Source: Clostridia bacterium (GTDB taxonomy: Bacteria > Bacillota > Clostridia > RUG12999). From it: a DNA stretch of 64,000 nt. A model generated the notes under the pieces. That model did not search any database. It was not told the DNA's origin and saw only the letters and a list, made by a program, of their open reading frames with translations. The translations under genes were made by a program, and so were the position numbers. Where the stretch lies: contig JAZQCS010000092.1 in NCBI GenBank assembly GCA_045546415.1, positions 280-64,279 on the forward strand. The letters are read 5' to 3'. This document shows, piece after piece, positions 18,876 through 28,726 of the stretch (positions are counted from its first letter, which is position 1; each line of letters begins with the position of its first letter).

Positions 18876-19307
18876 CTACTTGTCCTTTTCATCCAATTTA
18901 CTTTTTAATACATCAATTGTTTTAATCATAATTTCCGGGAAAGGTACGCCCATCAATCCGGCATTTTCGGTAATGGAAATCATCTCATTTACAATAAAAC
19001 CTATGATTGTTGCACTTCTTACATAACTTACACCTATCATAATGTCAATCCGCGTTGCCATAGCCACAAAAGCAAGAGTGGCAAGTTTTTTACACAGTCC
19101 TTTCCAGCAGGCTTTTGAGCTGAGTGCTCCGGATTCTGATTTAGCGCTTTTGTGCCATATCAGAGCCAGTGCAATACCCATTGCAAAATCAATAATCATA
19201 AAGATTATAAGTGTCACAAGGTCAGCTGTCCATCCACCAAACAACGAAACTATCGCACCGCCTATCATCCCTAAAACAGTACAGACATAAAACTTCAAAT
19301 TCAACAT
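18876..19307 (-). CDS. Phage holin (phage_holin_4_1 / TcdE-like family)
   Basis: 143 aa with 3-4 TM segments (GGAIVSLFGGWTADLVTLIIFMIIDFAMGIALA) and a charged C-terminus, directly upstream of the amidase. Confidence 0.75.
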   Translation of the reverse strand: MLNLKFYVCTVLGMIGGAIVSLFGGWTADLVTLIIFMIIDFAMGIALALIWHKSAKSESGALSSKACWKGLCKKLATLAFVAMATRIDIMIGVSYVRSATIIGFIVNEMISITENAGLMGVPFPEIMIKTIDVLKSKLDEKDK

Positions 19308-19326
19308 ATTTCACCTCCTCCGGCTA

Positions 19327-20103
19327 TCATCTGTAAACAACATATACACATGTACCGTCATTGGCAAACACATCATGACGTGACGATGTAGAACTGTATA
19401 CTTTAATCCCGGTTTCTACAGTTTCAACAACGGGATAATTTCGGAAACTAAGCGCTTTTCCATCGGTAAAAACTGCTTGTTTCATTTCTTCTTTTATCGT
19501 ACCTGATGCATTCTCATAATAGGCAATTTCCGAGCCACTACTCTTGAAAATTATCCCCCACGATGGTTTGAAACCAAGATTTATTATCTGCGAAGCTTCT
19601 CCATTTCCCTCGTAGGTCCCAACAACCGGTCTTTGATTTTGAACGAGTCGTAGGACTGCATCAACAGCCAACGCCATAACATCTTTTTTTTCAATGCCGA
19701 GAGTTTCTCTCGCCATATCACTTACATGATATTCCGGAGACATATATTCCTGCAGTTCCTTTGATAACTTTTCCTTTGTTACTGCTTCGTCATCAATTGC
19801 CACCGTTGAAATTTGTCCCGGAGCTAATTGTCCCGCTTGTATATTTTTTATTGCATCCGCTATAGTCTGTATAACCACATCACCATTTGTATCTGTTGTT
19901 TCTGAATACCCTATATTTGCAGCACCTTCTGCAGAATTAATTAAATCTACAAGCTTATTAAATGCTGACTTTATTTCGTTATAAAGCAATTGTGCATCAT
20001 TTCGTACCTTCGTTTCATCTTCTTCTACTGTAGGAAAATACTTTGAATTGGCTTTATCTGTAACAGACCAATCTTTTGTGAAGTCGAGTTTTTCAAACGC
20101 CAT
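19327..20103 (-). CDS. Phage structural protein (tail fibre or receptor-binding-like)
   Basis: 258 aa, positioned between the tail protein and the holin, with a beta-rich C-terminus. No recognisable motif. Confidence 0.45.
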   Translation of the reverse strand: MAFEKLDFTKDWSVTDKANSKYFPTVEEDETKVRNDAQLLYNEIKSAFNKLVDLINSAEGAANIGYSETTDTNGDVVIQTIADAIKNIQAGQLAPGQISTVAIDDEAVTKEKLSKELQEYMSPEYHVSDMARETLGIEKKDVMALAVDAVLRLVQNQRPVVGTYEGNGEASQIINLGFKPSWGIIFKSSGSEIAYYENASGTIKEEMKQAVFTDGKALSFRNYPVVETVETGIKVYSSTSSRHDVFANDGTCVYVVYR

Positions 20104-20104
20104 G

Positions 20105-22249
20105 CTATCTCTCCTTTCCGCTGTATTTATACAGTATCTGTGCTGATACTAATGACATATCCTGATTTACCTCATTATTTTCAAGTGTCACCGCAAAATG
20201 TCTTACATGCCTTGCTCCCGGTTTACGTTTTGCAACCCCTGAAAATCGCTTTACACCAAGATATCTGAAAGAAAGATTCCTTGGGAACACTCTATATGAA
20301 TATCCATTTATGGATACTCTTTCTTTTTTCTCTCCATAATCAGTCGAATATAGAACATCTATTATTGTATCTGTATCAGACCGAACCACAAACATCATTC
20401 CGGTAACATCTTTCAGTCTATCATATGTACCAAAATTCTGTACTGCAAATTTATACCTTTTCTTTATAGGTTGTCCGAAATCATTAGCATACTGTACTGA
20501 TTTTGCTATACATCCGTCCGCACATAAATAATACGGTTCCCCTGCTTTAAATGTAAAATCCACAGCATTAATTCCTTCCATGTAAAACCAACTGGGGTTA
20601 TTACTATCGCTCAAAGTGTAATCCCATACCCACGCTTTACCGTCAGCAAACAACCAATACCGCTTCCCATCGTCACACGAGCAGAAATCCTTCACTTTTA
20701 TCAAAGCTTCTATTAAACCCGCTCTTGCATTGGTTCCGTTGATTTTTTTGCTTATCTTCATAATATTATTCTCGTTTGCTGCAGAACTGCTTTTTATGAT
20801 ACACACACCATGTTCACTATTGCAAAAAACAAGATTATTATCTATCAGTCTTACAGAACCAGGGATATCACATCCTATATTAGGATTTAATGTTGCTGCA
20901 TTCATTGTTATGTAAGCCCTACCATCAATTTCGGTTGTATTAATAGTGGTTTTTATAACAGAGTGATTTTTGAATATTATCAATAGGTCCGCCTGTTTCC
21001 CGAAGCCCGTTATATTGTCCTCTGTGTCACCAGCAAGATTATATTGCTCCATCGGAAAATACCCCGGGTCAATAACGGTATGATTCCCGTTCCAAAAGTA
21101 AGCATTTGGCTGTGATGGTCCACCGCCAACCACAATACACTCACCGTTTCCATTGCCATATGATATTGCATAAGGGCATTCCATAATACTTTTGTAAGCT
21201 TCGGGATTTTCTTTTGAATAAATAATTTTAACTGTATTGTTTTCCGCCGGGAATGTGTTTATCGGAGCCAGTTCCTCAGCAAATGTTACCGTTCCTGCAC
21301 TCAAGTCCACCGTGTAACTATCCACCGAACATTCATTTTCATCAACCTTTACAGACACAACCTCACCTACATCAGACACAGGTAAATGATATACCAACGG
21401 GTACTCCTTTAGAGTTACAGTATATATCTTACCCTCTTTTAACTCCAACACGTTTGAATCCGAAGATGTAATAAAGATATTGTCCATTCTTCCGTTTTCT
21501 TCATATACATACTCTATATTCAGCAAATCCAAGTCAAGTGAATTTCCGTTATAATCCTTTACTCCCTCAACCTCGTATGCATCATGTTTATTCAGCAATT
21601 TTAGGGTATTACGGGTTATACTATTAACTGTTCTTTCTGCACATGTCACAGAATATGTAGCAAGTCTGGTAGGTAGTGGAGTATACCAAATTTCCTTACG
21701 GTCACAAATCCGATTCTCAGGCTGATAACTATCTCCCGCATGTGTGGTCGGGTCTGTATTTATATATGTAATAGGCACATATGCCTCAACATCAGAGCAC
21801 ACAAATTTAATTTCTTTTTCCGGTTTATACTCTATTTTTTTATATGTCCCATTGTTTTTGTACAGCAAGTAATCACCATTGGCAATAAATATACCTTTGT
21901 TTTCCGTTACATCATCACACAAAGCAAGAAGCTCCTCATCCGCTTCTTCAAAATTTATACAATATATTCCGGTTCCTATATGAAAAAAAGAATAACTCCA
22001 AAATGTTCGTTCGTAGCATGCATAACCTCTTCCCAGATTTTTGTTTTCTGACACATATGCCTGTCCACGCCTTGAACTCAGCACACCATTTTCCCATAAC
22101 ATATTCAGGGTATCTGAGCTTTCATTGTTATTCAGTTGATAATCCAAGTCCCAGATGTTTAACCCACCGTCAAACTTTCGGAAATTTTCTGAATATTCTC
22201 TTCTTTCCGACGGCATACTTCCCAAGGATACATACGGATTCCTTGCCAT
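20105..22249 (-). CDS. Phage tail protein (714 aa)
   Basis: A large beta-rich ORF downstream of the capsid genes, with Cys-rich GNGNGECIVVGGG and CSCDDG segments. Confidence 0.5.
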   Translation of the reverse strand: MARNPYVSLGSMPSERREYSENFRKFDGGLNIWDLDYQLNNNESSDTLNMLWENGVLSSRRGQAYVSENKNLGRGYACYERTFWSYSFFHIGTGIYCINFEEADEELLALCDDVTENKGIFIANGDYLLYKNNGTYKKIEYKPEKEIKFVCSDVEAYVPITYINTDPTTHAGDSYQPENRICDRKEIWYTPLPTRLATYSVTCAERTVNSITRNTLKLLNKHDAYEVEGVKDYNGNSLDLDLLNIEYVYEENGRMDNIFITSSDSNVLELKEGKIYTVTLKEYPLVYHLPVSDVGEVVSVKVDENECSVDSYTVDLSAGTVTFAEELAPINTFPAENNTVKIIYSKENPEAYKSIMECPYAISYGNGNGECIVVGGGPSQPNAYFWNGNHTVIDPGYFPMEQYNLAGDTEDNITGFGKQADLLIIFKNHSVIKTTINTTEIDGRAYITMNAATLNPNIGCDIPGSVRLIDNNLVFCNSEHGVCIIKSSSAANENNIMKISKKINGTNARAGLIEALIKVKDFCSCDDGKRYWLFADGKAWVWDYTLSDSNNPSWFYMEGINAVDFTFKAGEPYYLCADGCIAKSVQYANDFGQPIKKRYKFAVQNFGTYDRLKDVTGMMFVVRSDTDTIIDVLYSTDYGEKKERVSINGYSYRVFPRNLSFRYLGVKRFSGVAKRKPGARHVRHFAVTLENNEVNQDMSLVSAQILYKYSGKER

Positions 22250-22893
22250 CAGTATGCACCTCCCGACACTTCAATCCCATAATCATCTGAAACCCTATCG
22301 AATTCCGCTTTAACACTCTCCCTTAAGCGGGAAAGTTTATTTTCAAATTCATTATACAGACTTGCATATTGAAAGGAATCATCCTGCATAACAATATGCG
22401 CAGCAACATAATAAGGTATTGCTATCTGTGTTTCCACGGTATTATCTATCATTGCACTATCTTCCGGTTCTCCCGAAAGCAGATGTGGATATCTGTAATA
22501 TTCAAAAAAAGCTCCTTTTGTAATATCCTTTGTTGGAATCAAAATTGTATTGCCGATATGTCTGGCAGTTTTACATACATTTATACTGCCGGACTCTCCT
22601 TGCAGATAAATTCCACCGCTTTTGATTTCAAAAACATTTTCAGGTAGAGTAAATACTGTATATTCTCCCTTAAATGACTTCTGAAGTTCTTCAAGCAGAG
22701 CAATAGCTGATATTCTTTTCACGGTTGTAGCTATATAAATCATCGCATCATTAACAAGCTCAGGTATCCTGGCAAGATAATCATCCTGATTATTATATGT
22801 TGAGTTGATTTCATCTCCGGCAATACTATACTGATTAATTAGCTTAAGCGTTGCTTTTTTTATTTCCCCATAATTCATTTTCATCAACTCCAT
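22249..22893 (-). CDS. Phage head-tail adaptor/connector-like protein (hypothetical)
   Basis: 214 aa, directly after the major capsid gene. The ATGA overlap indicates coupling to the tail gene. Confidence 0.4.
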   Translation of the reverse strand: MELMKMNYGEIKKATLKLINQYSIAGDEINSTYNNQDDYLARIPELVNDAMIYIATTVKRISAIALLEELQKSFKGEYTVFTLPENVFEIKSGGIYLQGESGSINVCKTARHIGNTILIPTKDITKGAFFEYYRYPHLLSGEPEDSAMIDNTVETQIAIPYYVAAHIVMQDDSFQYASLYNEFENKLSRLRESVKAEFDRVSDDYGIEVSGGAY

Positions 22894-22956
22894 TTTAAAA
22901 ATATGCCGTGACTATCAACATATTTACTCTTTGTCACGGCATATCATTATATCATT

Positions 22957-24081
22957 TTATTTACCTACATTTATCATGGCGTGACCTGTTGCCACAATCT
23001 TACCGTCTGCTGTAGTTTCAATCACCTGTACAACCATTTTATTTCCGTCAGGTGTAATTTCAACCTTATCTGCACCGGCATCAATCTTTATCCAGTTTCC
23101 GCCAATTGCTGCACCGTATGTAATATTTTCAGGCGTTGCAACAAGTTTATAATAACGCTCGTTTGTATCTTCGGACAATCCCGTTGTTATATACATTGTT
23201 GTCTTACCAACCCCAGTAGCCGATGTGCCTACTGTCAATCTTTTTGTAGAGCCCTGTCCACCGCAATAGTACACGGCATCAACCTTCTCGTTGAGAACAA
23301 ATGCATCATATATTGTTCTTCCTTCAACAAGCCATCCGGAAATACCGGGAGGGTTTTCGTGTACTTTAAACTCCTCCAGCTGTTTAGGCGCTGTTGTTGC
23401 ACTCGGATGTGTAAGAATAAATGCTGCTCCTGCCGGAAGTCTGCTTGATGGAACCTTAACAATTTTACAACCATCAACCTCACCGATAACGCCCTTGATA
23501 ATCATCTCCTGAGAATTGTCCCCGGATTTCATAAATGCATCATCCTGCTTCAGTAAATTTGCATATTTATAGGAGCAGAAACAAACTCGTCCTTTATCCG
23601 GAACATTGTTGTCACCAAGAACCTCCATACCCTTTAAAAACAGTGAATATGCATTGTTTTCATCCGCAACGGTTGTATCATAATTGCCCGATTTGATTGC
23701 GGCTTTTGACATTGTTTTGAACACATACGAGTCAAATTCAGGAACCCAGACTTCTTTAATCTGTCGGTTTAATGCCTTTCCGGCCTCCATAACCATCTGC
23801 GACTGCAGCTTATTGCCTTTATCAATTACAAATGTAAAAGACCTGTCTTTTGTAACCTTCATAGACTGTACATTTCTGGAAAGGTCATTCGGGTCACCAT
23901 ATCTGTTCGAACCGCTTCGGTTATAGTCTGTCATAGGAACTACCGGAATTGAAAATACATTTACCGTATCTACTCCCGTGAATTCATAGTTGTTATTAAG
24001 CGCAAGCGAAGCCTGGGACTCACGCTGAAATCGTTCATCCACATGTGATGAATATTTGCTTGCAAGGTTAATTGCACTCAT
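22957..24081 (-). CDS. Major capsid protein with a C-terminal Ig-like domain
   Basis: 374 aa following an acidic scaffold-like protein. The C-terminal TVGTSATGVGKTTMYITTGL...KVEITPDGNKMVVQV resembles a Big_2-like decoration domain. Confidence 0.6.
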   Translation of the reverse strand: MSAINLASKYSSHVDERFQRESQASLALNNNYEFTGVDTVNVFSIPVVPMTDYNRSGSNRYGDPNDLSRNVQSMKVTKDRSFTFVIDKGNKLQSQMVMEAGKALNRQIKEVWVPEFDSYVFKTMSKAAIKSGNYDTTVADENNAYSLFLKGMEVLGDNNVPDKGRVCFCSYKYANLLKQDDAFMKSGDNSQEMIIKGVIGEVDGCKIVKVPSSRLPAGAAFILTHPSATTAPKQLEEFKVHENPPGISGWLVEGRTIYDAFVLNEKVDAVYYCGGQGSTKRLTVGTSATGVGKTTMYITTGLSEDTNERYYKLVATPENITYGAAIGGNWIKIDAGADKVEITPDGNKMVVQVIETTADGKIVATGHAMINVGK

Positions 24082-24109
24082 TTAAATCTCTCCTTCTTTT
24101 TCCGCGGCA

Positions 24110-24991
24110 TTACCACTCATCCTCCATCAGTCCCTTCAAAAACGGGTCTCCCGGTGTGGTATCAGTTTTTCCTCCACCATTAACACCTTTAACCGGAGCC
24201 TGAGATGCTGCCGTCGCATTCTGTTTTAAAATTTTATTTTCTTTCTCAATCTTATTGCGTTCACTGTTTATTTTACCTTTTTCATAATCAGTGTACACTT
24301 TCAGAAGGTTGCCACCCTTTACACATGCATCAAGCACCTCATCCGGAATCGGTAAATGCTGCAAGTCAGGCCGAGCCGTAAACAGCTCTGTGACTTCCCT
24401 TTGAAATCTGCTGGATTCCGATGAGTCTTTATCTTGTGTCTCGGAACCATACCTTCTCTGTACATAGTCTTCTATTACCTCTCTGTGCAAGTCTCCGCTT
24501 TTGCTATTTATTAACTCCTCAACTTGCGATTCCTTAAAGGATTTTTCTGATGCCTCAAGCATTTCATCCACGTTTGAATATCCCATCATTTTTGCCAACT
24601 TTTCAGCTTTGCTTAAAATAGGGCTCATCTGAATAAGTTTCGCCTGCAATCTATCTGTTACTTTTGATTTTTGATATATCGCAGGAATTTCATCCTCATT
24701 CAATTCTACATCCTGGTTTTCATGGTCTATCCTTGCGGTGAATGATATCTTACGCATTTGGTCTTCTGAAGCCTTTGTACCATCCGAACCTTTTGCATCT
24801 TCATTATTATCGACATCTGTGGTGCGATTATCTTTTTCTTTTGAAGTATCATTGTCAGTTTCATTTTCCTTATTGGCATCTCCACCTGTACCATCAGCCC
24901 AGGTATCAGGATTAAGAAAATCCGCATCTTCCGTATAACCTTCAGGCAAAAGAACTTCCTCTGATGTTACAAACTGTTCATTTTCACTCAT
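24110..24991 (-). CDS. Scaffolding protein
   Basis: A highly acidic low-complexity N-terminus (D/E/N/T-rich) and a coiled-coil C-terminus, between portal and capsid. Confidence 0.6.
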   Translation of the reverse strand: MSENEQFVTSEEVLLPEGYTEDADFLNPDTWADGTGGDANKENETDNDTSKEKDNRTTDVDNNEDAKGSDGTKASEDQMRKISFTARIDHENQDVELNEDEIPAIYQKSKVTDRLQAKLIQMSPILSKAEKLAKMMGYSNVDEMLEASEKSFKESQVEELINSKSGDLHREVIEDYVQRRYGSETQDKDSSESSRFQREVTELFTARPDLQHLPIPDEVLDACVKGGNLLKVYTDYEKGKINSERNKIEKENKILKQNATAASQAPVKGVNGGGKTDTTPGDPFLKGLMEDEW

Positions 24992-25048
24992 TTTTCTTTC
25001 TCCTTTCGCATGGTAAGCGATTATATTTAAATATCCTTGGTATGGATA

Positions 25049-27040
25049 CTAAATCCCCATTGATTCTCGTTTTCTTAATGCTTTCTTTGCAGCAGTAGGT
25101 AGTCCGTCATATTGCTTCTGTATATTTGCAGGCATAAGTCCAATAGCATTGCTCTCATTTAATTCCGCCCCCATAGTCGGCAATTTGTTCATTGCGGAAT
25201 TCCCCGGATTTTCTACTGCTTTAGATTTTAGCTCCTCTATAAGCTGAAGGCGGCATGGTATTAACTTATCAGGCACTCTTTCAAGATATTGAATAATGTC
25301 AATAACGCCATTCTGCCGTAAATTATCAAGTGTCTGGACCATAGCTATTTCGCTATAATAATTGGTTGCGCCTGCATTGACCTTCACATTAAACCATAAA
25401 TGCTTAAATTGACTGAAATCAAACTCTTCAACAATTTTTCTATTTACCTTGTTGGTCTGCATTTTCCCGGTTTCAGAGTCTATAAATGTTTCTCCTTCTA
25501 TCGGTTCTTCCAAAACCTTTGTTCTTACGATAGGTCTTTTTCCGTAATAAGTCCCCATCATATCAAGAAGAATTGCACCTATATCTTCCAGCCATTCATA
25601 AAGTCCTGCTCTGGTATTTTCCAGCGGCACTTCTGCCGATGATTGCAAAACCATAAGTGCCGATGTATTATCCGGTCTTACATTACCCATCTGTGCATCC
25701 GTTGCTCCCAAACATTCTTTCGTATAAGCAATCGCCTTATCAATAGTCATAACTATCTGATTGCTCATATCCGAAGGATTCATATGATATGCAACAGACC
25801 TTGAAATATCCGTTCCCGGCGGCATACCTTTTATGCCTATCGCTTGTCCAACCTCATTGCTCCAATTCGGAACAAGGTCTTTGTTGTAAACAACCTTAGG
25901 AAACCCCATAAGTTGTAAATGTCTCATAACCATTGCAAACATAGAATTTATGTATATTTGGTTCGGAATAAGTCCGGTAACCAATGCTCGACCGTGGTAT
26001 TGGTTTTTCTGTCGTTCCCAGTTCCCCCAAGCTATAGGATATCTACTCAATCCGGTATCCACGTTTTCATATACTATCGCCGTTCTTGTTGCCTTGGTAA
26101 CAAACACCGAAGTTACGAACTCAGTTACAACTTTTCTTTTCGGGATTTTTTCTCCCATTGCATCCAGAACATAGGAACCGTCTTTCATTTCGTAGACAAT
26201 GTTTCCTTCATCGTCAACAACATCTTCCGTTACATACTCTCCGGTTTCGATATCCTTAACCTTTTTTTCTTTGGTTTGTTTTGTGTACATGTATACATAC
26301 AGAGCTTTGCCGTCTTCGTCATCCGCCCCGATTTCAACCTGTCCTCCGCTTCCAACCTGGTCCGCAAGTTCATTATCTGCCACAAACGATACATCAACCG
26401 TTTCTCTTGTTTTATTTGTTTTCTGAAAGTGTTTTGCCTCTTCCTTTAAATTTTCAACCGTATCTCTTCCCACAATCAAAATATAAGGTTGTTTTTCGAC
26501 ATTGAATTCATTAGGATTTCCAAACATTACATCTATGCCATCAACAAGCTCCATTTCTATTTCACCCTTATAAGGTCCAAATGCACCGCCATATGGTCTG
26601 GCAAACGGATTCCAGTAAAAATGTGCGCAATAGTCACCTGTTTGTACACCATCAAAAAGAGCCTCTCTTATTCTATATTCCATTTTGAATTTATCAAAAA
26701 GGTTAGAAACTTCCGCTGTTGCAAATTCTGCCGCATTACCTTCTGAATTTACAGTATCGCTTCCGTCGTAATATGCCAATGGTTCAAAATTGACTGTAGT
26801 CGCACTGGATGTCAATGATGCAACAAACAGACTGGCTATTCTTTTTATAATATTAAATGTCGGTTTCGGCAGTCTGCTCATAGCCGGAGTTTGAGCAATA
26901 TTAATCCATTGATTTCCGGCAAAAAATTCTATATTCGTATTAACCATACGATACTGATTGGGTTCAAGGCTATTATTATATGCTCGTCCCCGTTCGTACA
27001 GTTCCCACGCTCTGGTTTTGTTATTTTTACTATCTTTCAT
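25049..27040 (-). CDS. Portal protein (probable)
   Basis: 663 aa, the largest head-module ORF, just upstream of scaffold and capsid and downstream of the terminase genes. The call rests on size and position. Confidence 0.55.
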   Translation of the reverse strand: MKDSKNNKTRAWELYERGRAYNNSLEPNQYRMVNTNIEFFAGNQWINIAQTPAMSRLPKPTFNIIKRIASLFVASLTSSATTVNFEPLAYYDGSDTVNSEGNAAEFATAEVSNLFDKFKMEYRIREALFDGVQTGDYCAHFYWNPFARPYGGAFGPYKGEIEMELVDGIDVMFGNPNEFNVEKQPYILIVGRDTVENLKEEAKHFQKTNKTRETVDVSFVADNELADQVGSGGQVEIGADDEDGKALYVYMYTKQTKEKKVKDIETGEYVTEDVVDDEGNIVYEMKDGSYVLDAMGEKIPKRKVVTEFVTSVFVTKATRTAIVYENVDTGLSRYPIAWGNWERQKNQYHGRALVTGLIPNQIYINSMFAMVMRHLQLMGFPKVVYNKDLVPNWSNEVGQAIGIKGMPPGTDISRSVAYHMNPSDMSNQIVMTIDKAIAYTKECLGATDAQMGNVRPDNTSALMVLQSSAEVPLENTRAGLYEWLEDIGAILLDMMGTYYGKRPIVRTKVLEEPIEGETFIDSETGKMQTNKVNRKIVEEFDFSQFKHLWFNVKVNAGATNYYSEIAMVQTLDNLRQNGVIDIIQYLERVPDKLIPCRLQLIEELKSKAVENPGNSAMNKLPTMGAELNESNAIGLMPANIQKQYDGLPTAAKKALRKRESMGI

Positions 27041-27312
27041 TATGTTTTCTCTCCGCCATAGTGTTTATTCAATCCATAGGCATCATTAATATTATAGCCC
27101 ATAAGACTTGAAAACGCCTTATTTTCTTCTTCAACCTCTTTGCCTTTCCGAACATCTTCCGGAGACACTTCACTCATAACTTCATCTGTGCATCGTGATT
27201 CACAAATTCTTATACCCGTTATCACTCCGACTATAAAAAAAATTATCAGTAATGCAGCGCTAATAATTCCCATTAGTATTTCACTCATATTATATACCTC
27301 ACTTAACTCCAA
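27040..27312 (-). CDS. Small membrane protein (phage)
   Basis: 90 aa with one TM segment (ILMGIISAALLIIFFIVGVITGI). It overlaps the portal start. Confidence 0.5.
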   Translation of the reverse strand: MELSEVYNMSEILMGIISAALLIIFFIVGVITGIRICESRCTDEVMSEVSPEDVRKGKEVEEENKAFSSLMGYNINDAYGLNKHYGGEKT

Positions 27313-27533
27313 CCACCAGGGGTATATACCGAAACCGTATTATCCGCATAGTATATAACCGAACCATACATAACTTTAGGGAGTTCAATCTCCTGACCGT
27401 TTGTATTTATCCCTTTCCCGGTGTTGTCTTTGTCAGGTAAATTGGCTCTATCTTCAGAAGCTGAAGTTCCTACCATATCAAGCATCTGTCTTCCCTGTAT
27501 ATCACTACTGTGTTTTACACGTATAGCTATCAT
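27303..27533 (-). CDS. Hypothetical phage protein
   Basis: 76 aa in a tightly packed co-directional string of ORFs. Confidence 0.4.
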   Translation of the reverse strand: MIAIRVKHSSDIQGRQMLDMVGTSASEDRANLPDKDNTGKGINTNGQEIELPKVMYGSVIYYADNTVSVYTPGGWS

Positions 27534-27796
27534 ATTGTTTCTCCTTCCTCGTTAATTTCAACCTCGTATATCTTGCCTCTTTTTTTTTCAAACTTTGTTT
27601 TTTCACAATTCTTTTCTAAAAATATTACCGGATAATAACCCTCATTTTTTGCTACATCAGGATTATCATTGAAATATCTTTCCAGGTTTGATATGTATTT
27701 GCCATTGACACTTCCATTTCTCGGACACAGAGTAACTTTATTATTCTCATCAATTTTTCCATAAGTCGTTGTTTTCATTTTTGCTAATCCTCCCAT
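27530..27796 (-). CDS. Hypothetical phage protein
   Basis: 88 aa with a 4-nt overlap with its neighbours. Confidence 0.45.
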   Translation of the reverse strand: MGGLAKMKTTTYGKIDENNKVTLCPRNGSVNGKYISNLERYFNDNPDVAKNEGYYPVIFLEKNCEKTKFEKKRGKIYEVEINEEGETI

Positions 27797-28137
27797 ATCA
27801 AATTTAGCTGATATTCCGCAACCACTTTACCGGTAGCCGAGCTGACAATATTAAATTTAATATATTGATTCGTTCCGTTGTTACTTGCAGGCGAATACCA
27901 GTATGTTATGCCATTATATTCTTCCGTAGAAACCTTATTCGGTCTTATCGCCTCATAACCATCCATCACAACCGGAAGAAAGTACATATGATATACAGTT
28001 CCAGAGCTTGCCGCCTTTTTATGTATAGTTATCACTTTTTTGATATTATTGATAGACCACTCGTTACCCCTTGCGGTCAGCAAACTTTTGATGTAAGCCG
28101 TTCCTCCCGAAAGTAATATTTTAGCGTATAATTCCAC
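27784..28137 (-). CDS. Hypothetical phage protein
   Basis: 117 aa in a co-directional string. Confidence 0.45.
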   Translation of the reverse strand: MELYAKILLSGGTAYIKSLLTARGNEWSINNIKKVITIHKKAASSGTVYHMYFLPVVMDGYEAIRPNKVSTEEYNGITYWYSPASNNGTNQYIKFNIVSSATGKVVAEYQLNLIWED

Positions 28138-28500
28138 TTAGCTCACACCGCCTTCAGGCCCGTCCTGTACAACTCCAATAACCCATTTTCCCATATTGGG
28201 GTTATATTCAGCAATAATACGGTAATTACCCACAGATATATTTGCTATTTCTGCTCCGACAAATGCTACAAGTGTATCATCTCCCCACGATATACTCACA
28301 GGATTTTCTTCAATTTGTAAATATATCATAATCTGATTTTGTTTTTCTTCTTCAACCTCTGTCGGAAAATCAAGAGTCAATGCAGCATTTGTTTTAATTT
28401 TATAAACCGCATTTGGTTTTAATTTCCCCGAGTTGAATTCCTTGACCTTTTTACATTGCGATATAGCCGATGCCACAGCAACTTCAAACATACCATTCAT
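28138..28500 (-). CDS. Hypothetical phage protein
   Basis: 120 aa. Confidence 0.45.
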   Translation of the reverse strand: MNGMFEVAVASAISQCKKVKEFNSGKLKPNAVYKIKTNAALTLDFPTEVEEEKQNQIMIYLQIEENPVSISWGDDTLVAFVGAEIANISVGNYRIIAEYNPNMGKWVIGVVQDGPEGGVS

Positions 28501-28502
28501 TT

Positions 28503-28715
28503 TTACACCTCTGTATTTGTTCTTTTATGTATTTCCTCTTTCAGTTCATCCGCTTTAGCTTTTATTTCCTCAACAAGTCTGTCAATGGTTGCAAACCCTT
28601 CGGTTTCTCCGCTACCATTCAGGTCTTTTCCCGGAGTTTCTTCGCTTACACCTCCAAAATTTTCAATCTGTGCTTTAAGCACATTTTTCTTTTCTGATTC
28701 TGTCATCAAAATCAT
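28503..28715 (-). CDS. Hypothetical acidic phage protein
   Basis: 70 aa, acidic with a coiled-coil. Confidence 0.4.
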   Translation of the reverse strand: MILMTESEKKNVLKAQIENFGGVSEETPGKDLNGSGETEGFATIDRLVEEIKAKADELKEEIHKRTNTEV

Positions 28716-28726
28716 TCCTTTCTTTT

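Noticed and set aside
22981-23448. Cys-rich + strand ORF 22981..23448 antisense to the capsid gene
   Set aside because: It is an antisense frame of the major capsid gene with no RBS, and its composition is a reverse-frame artefact.
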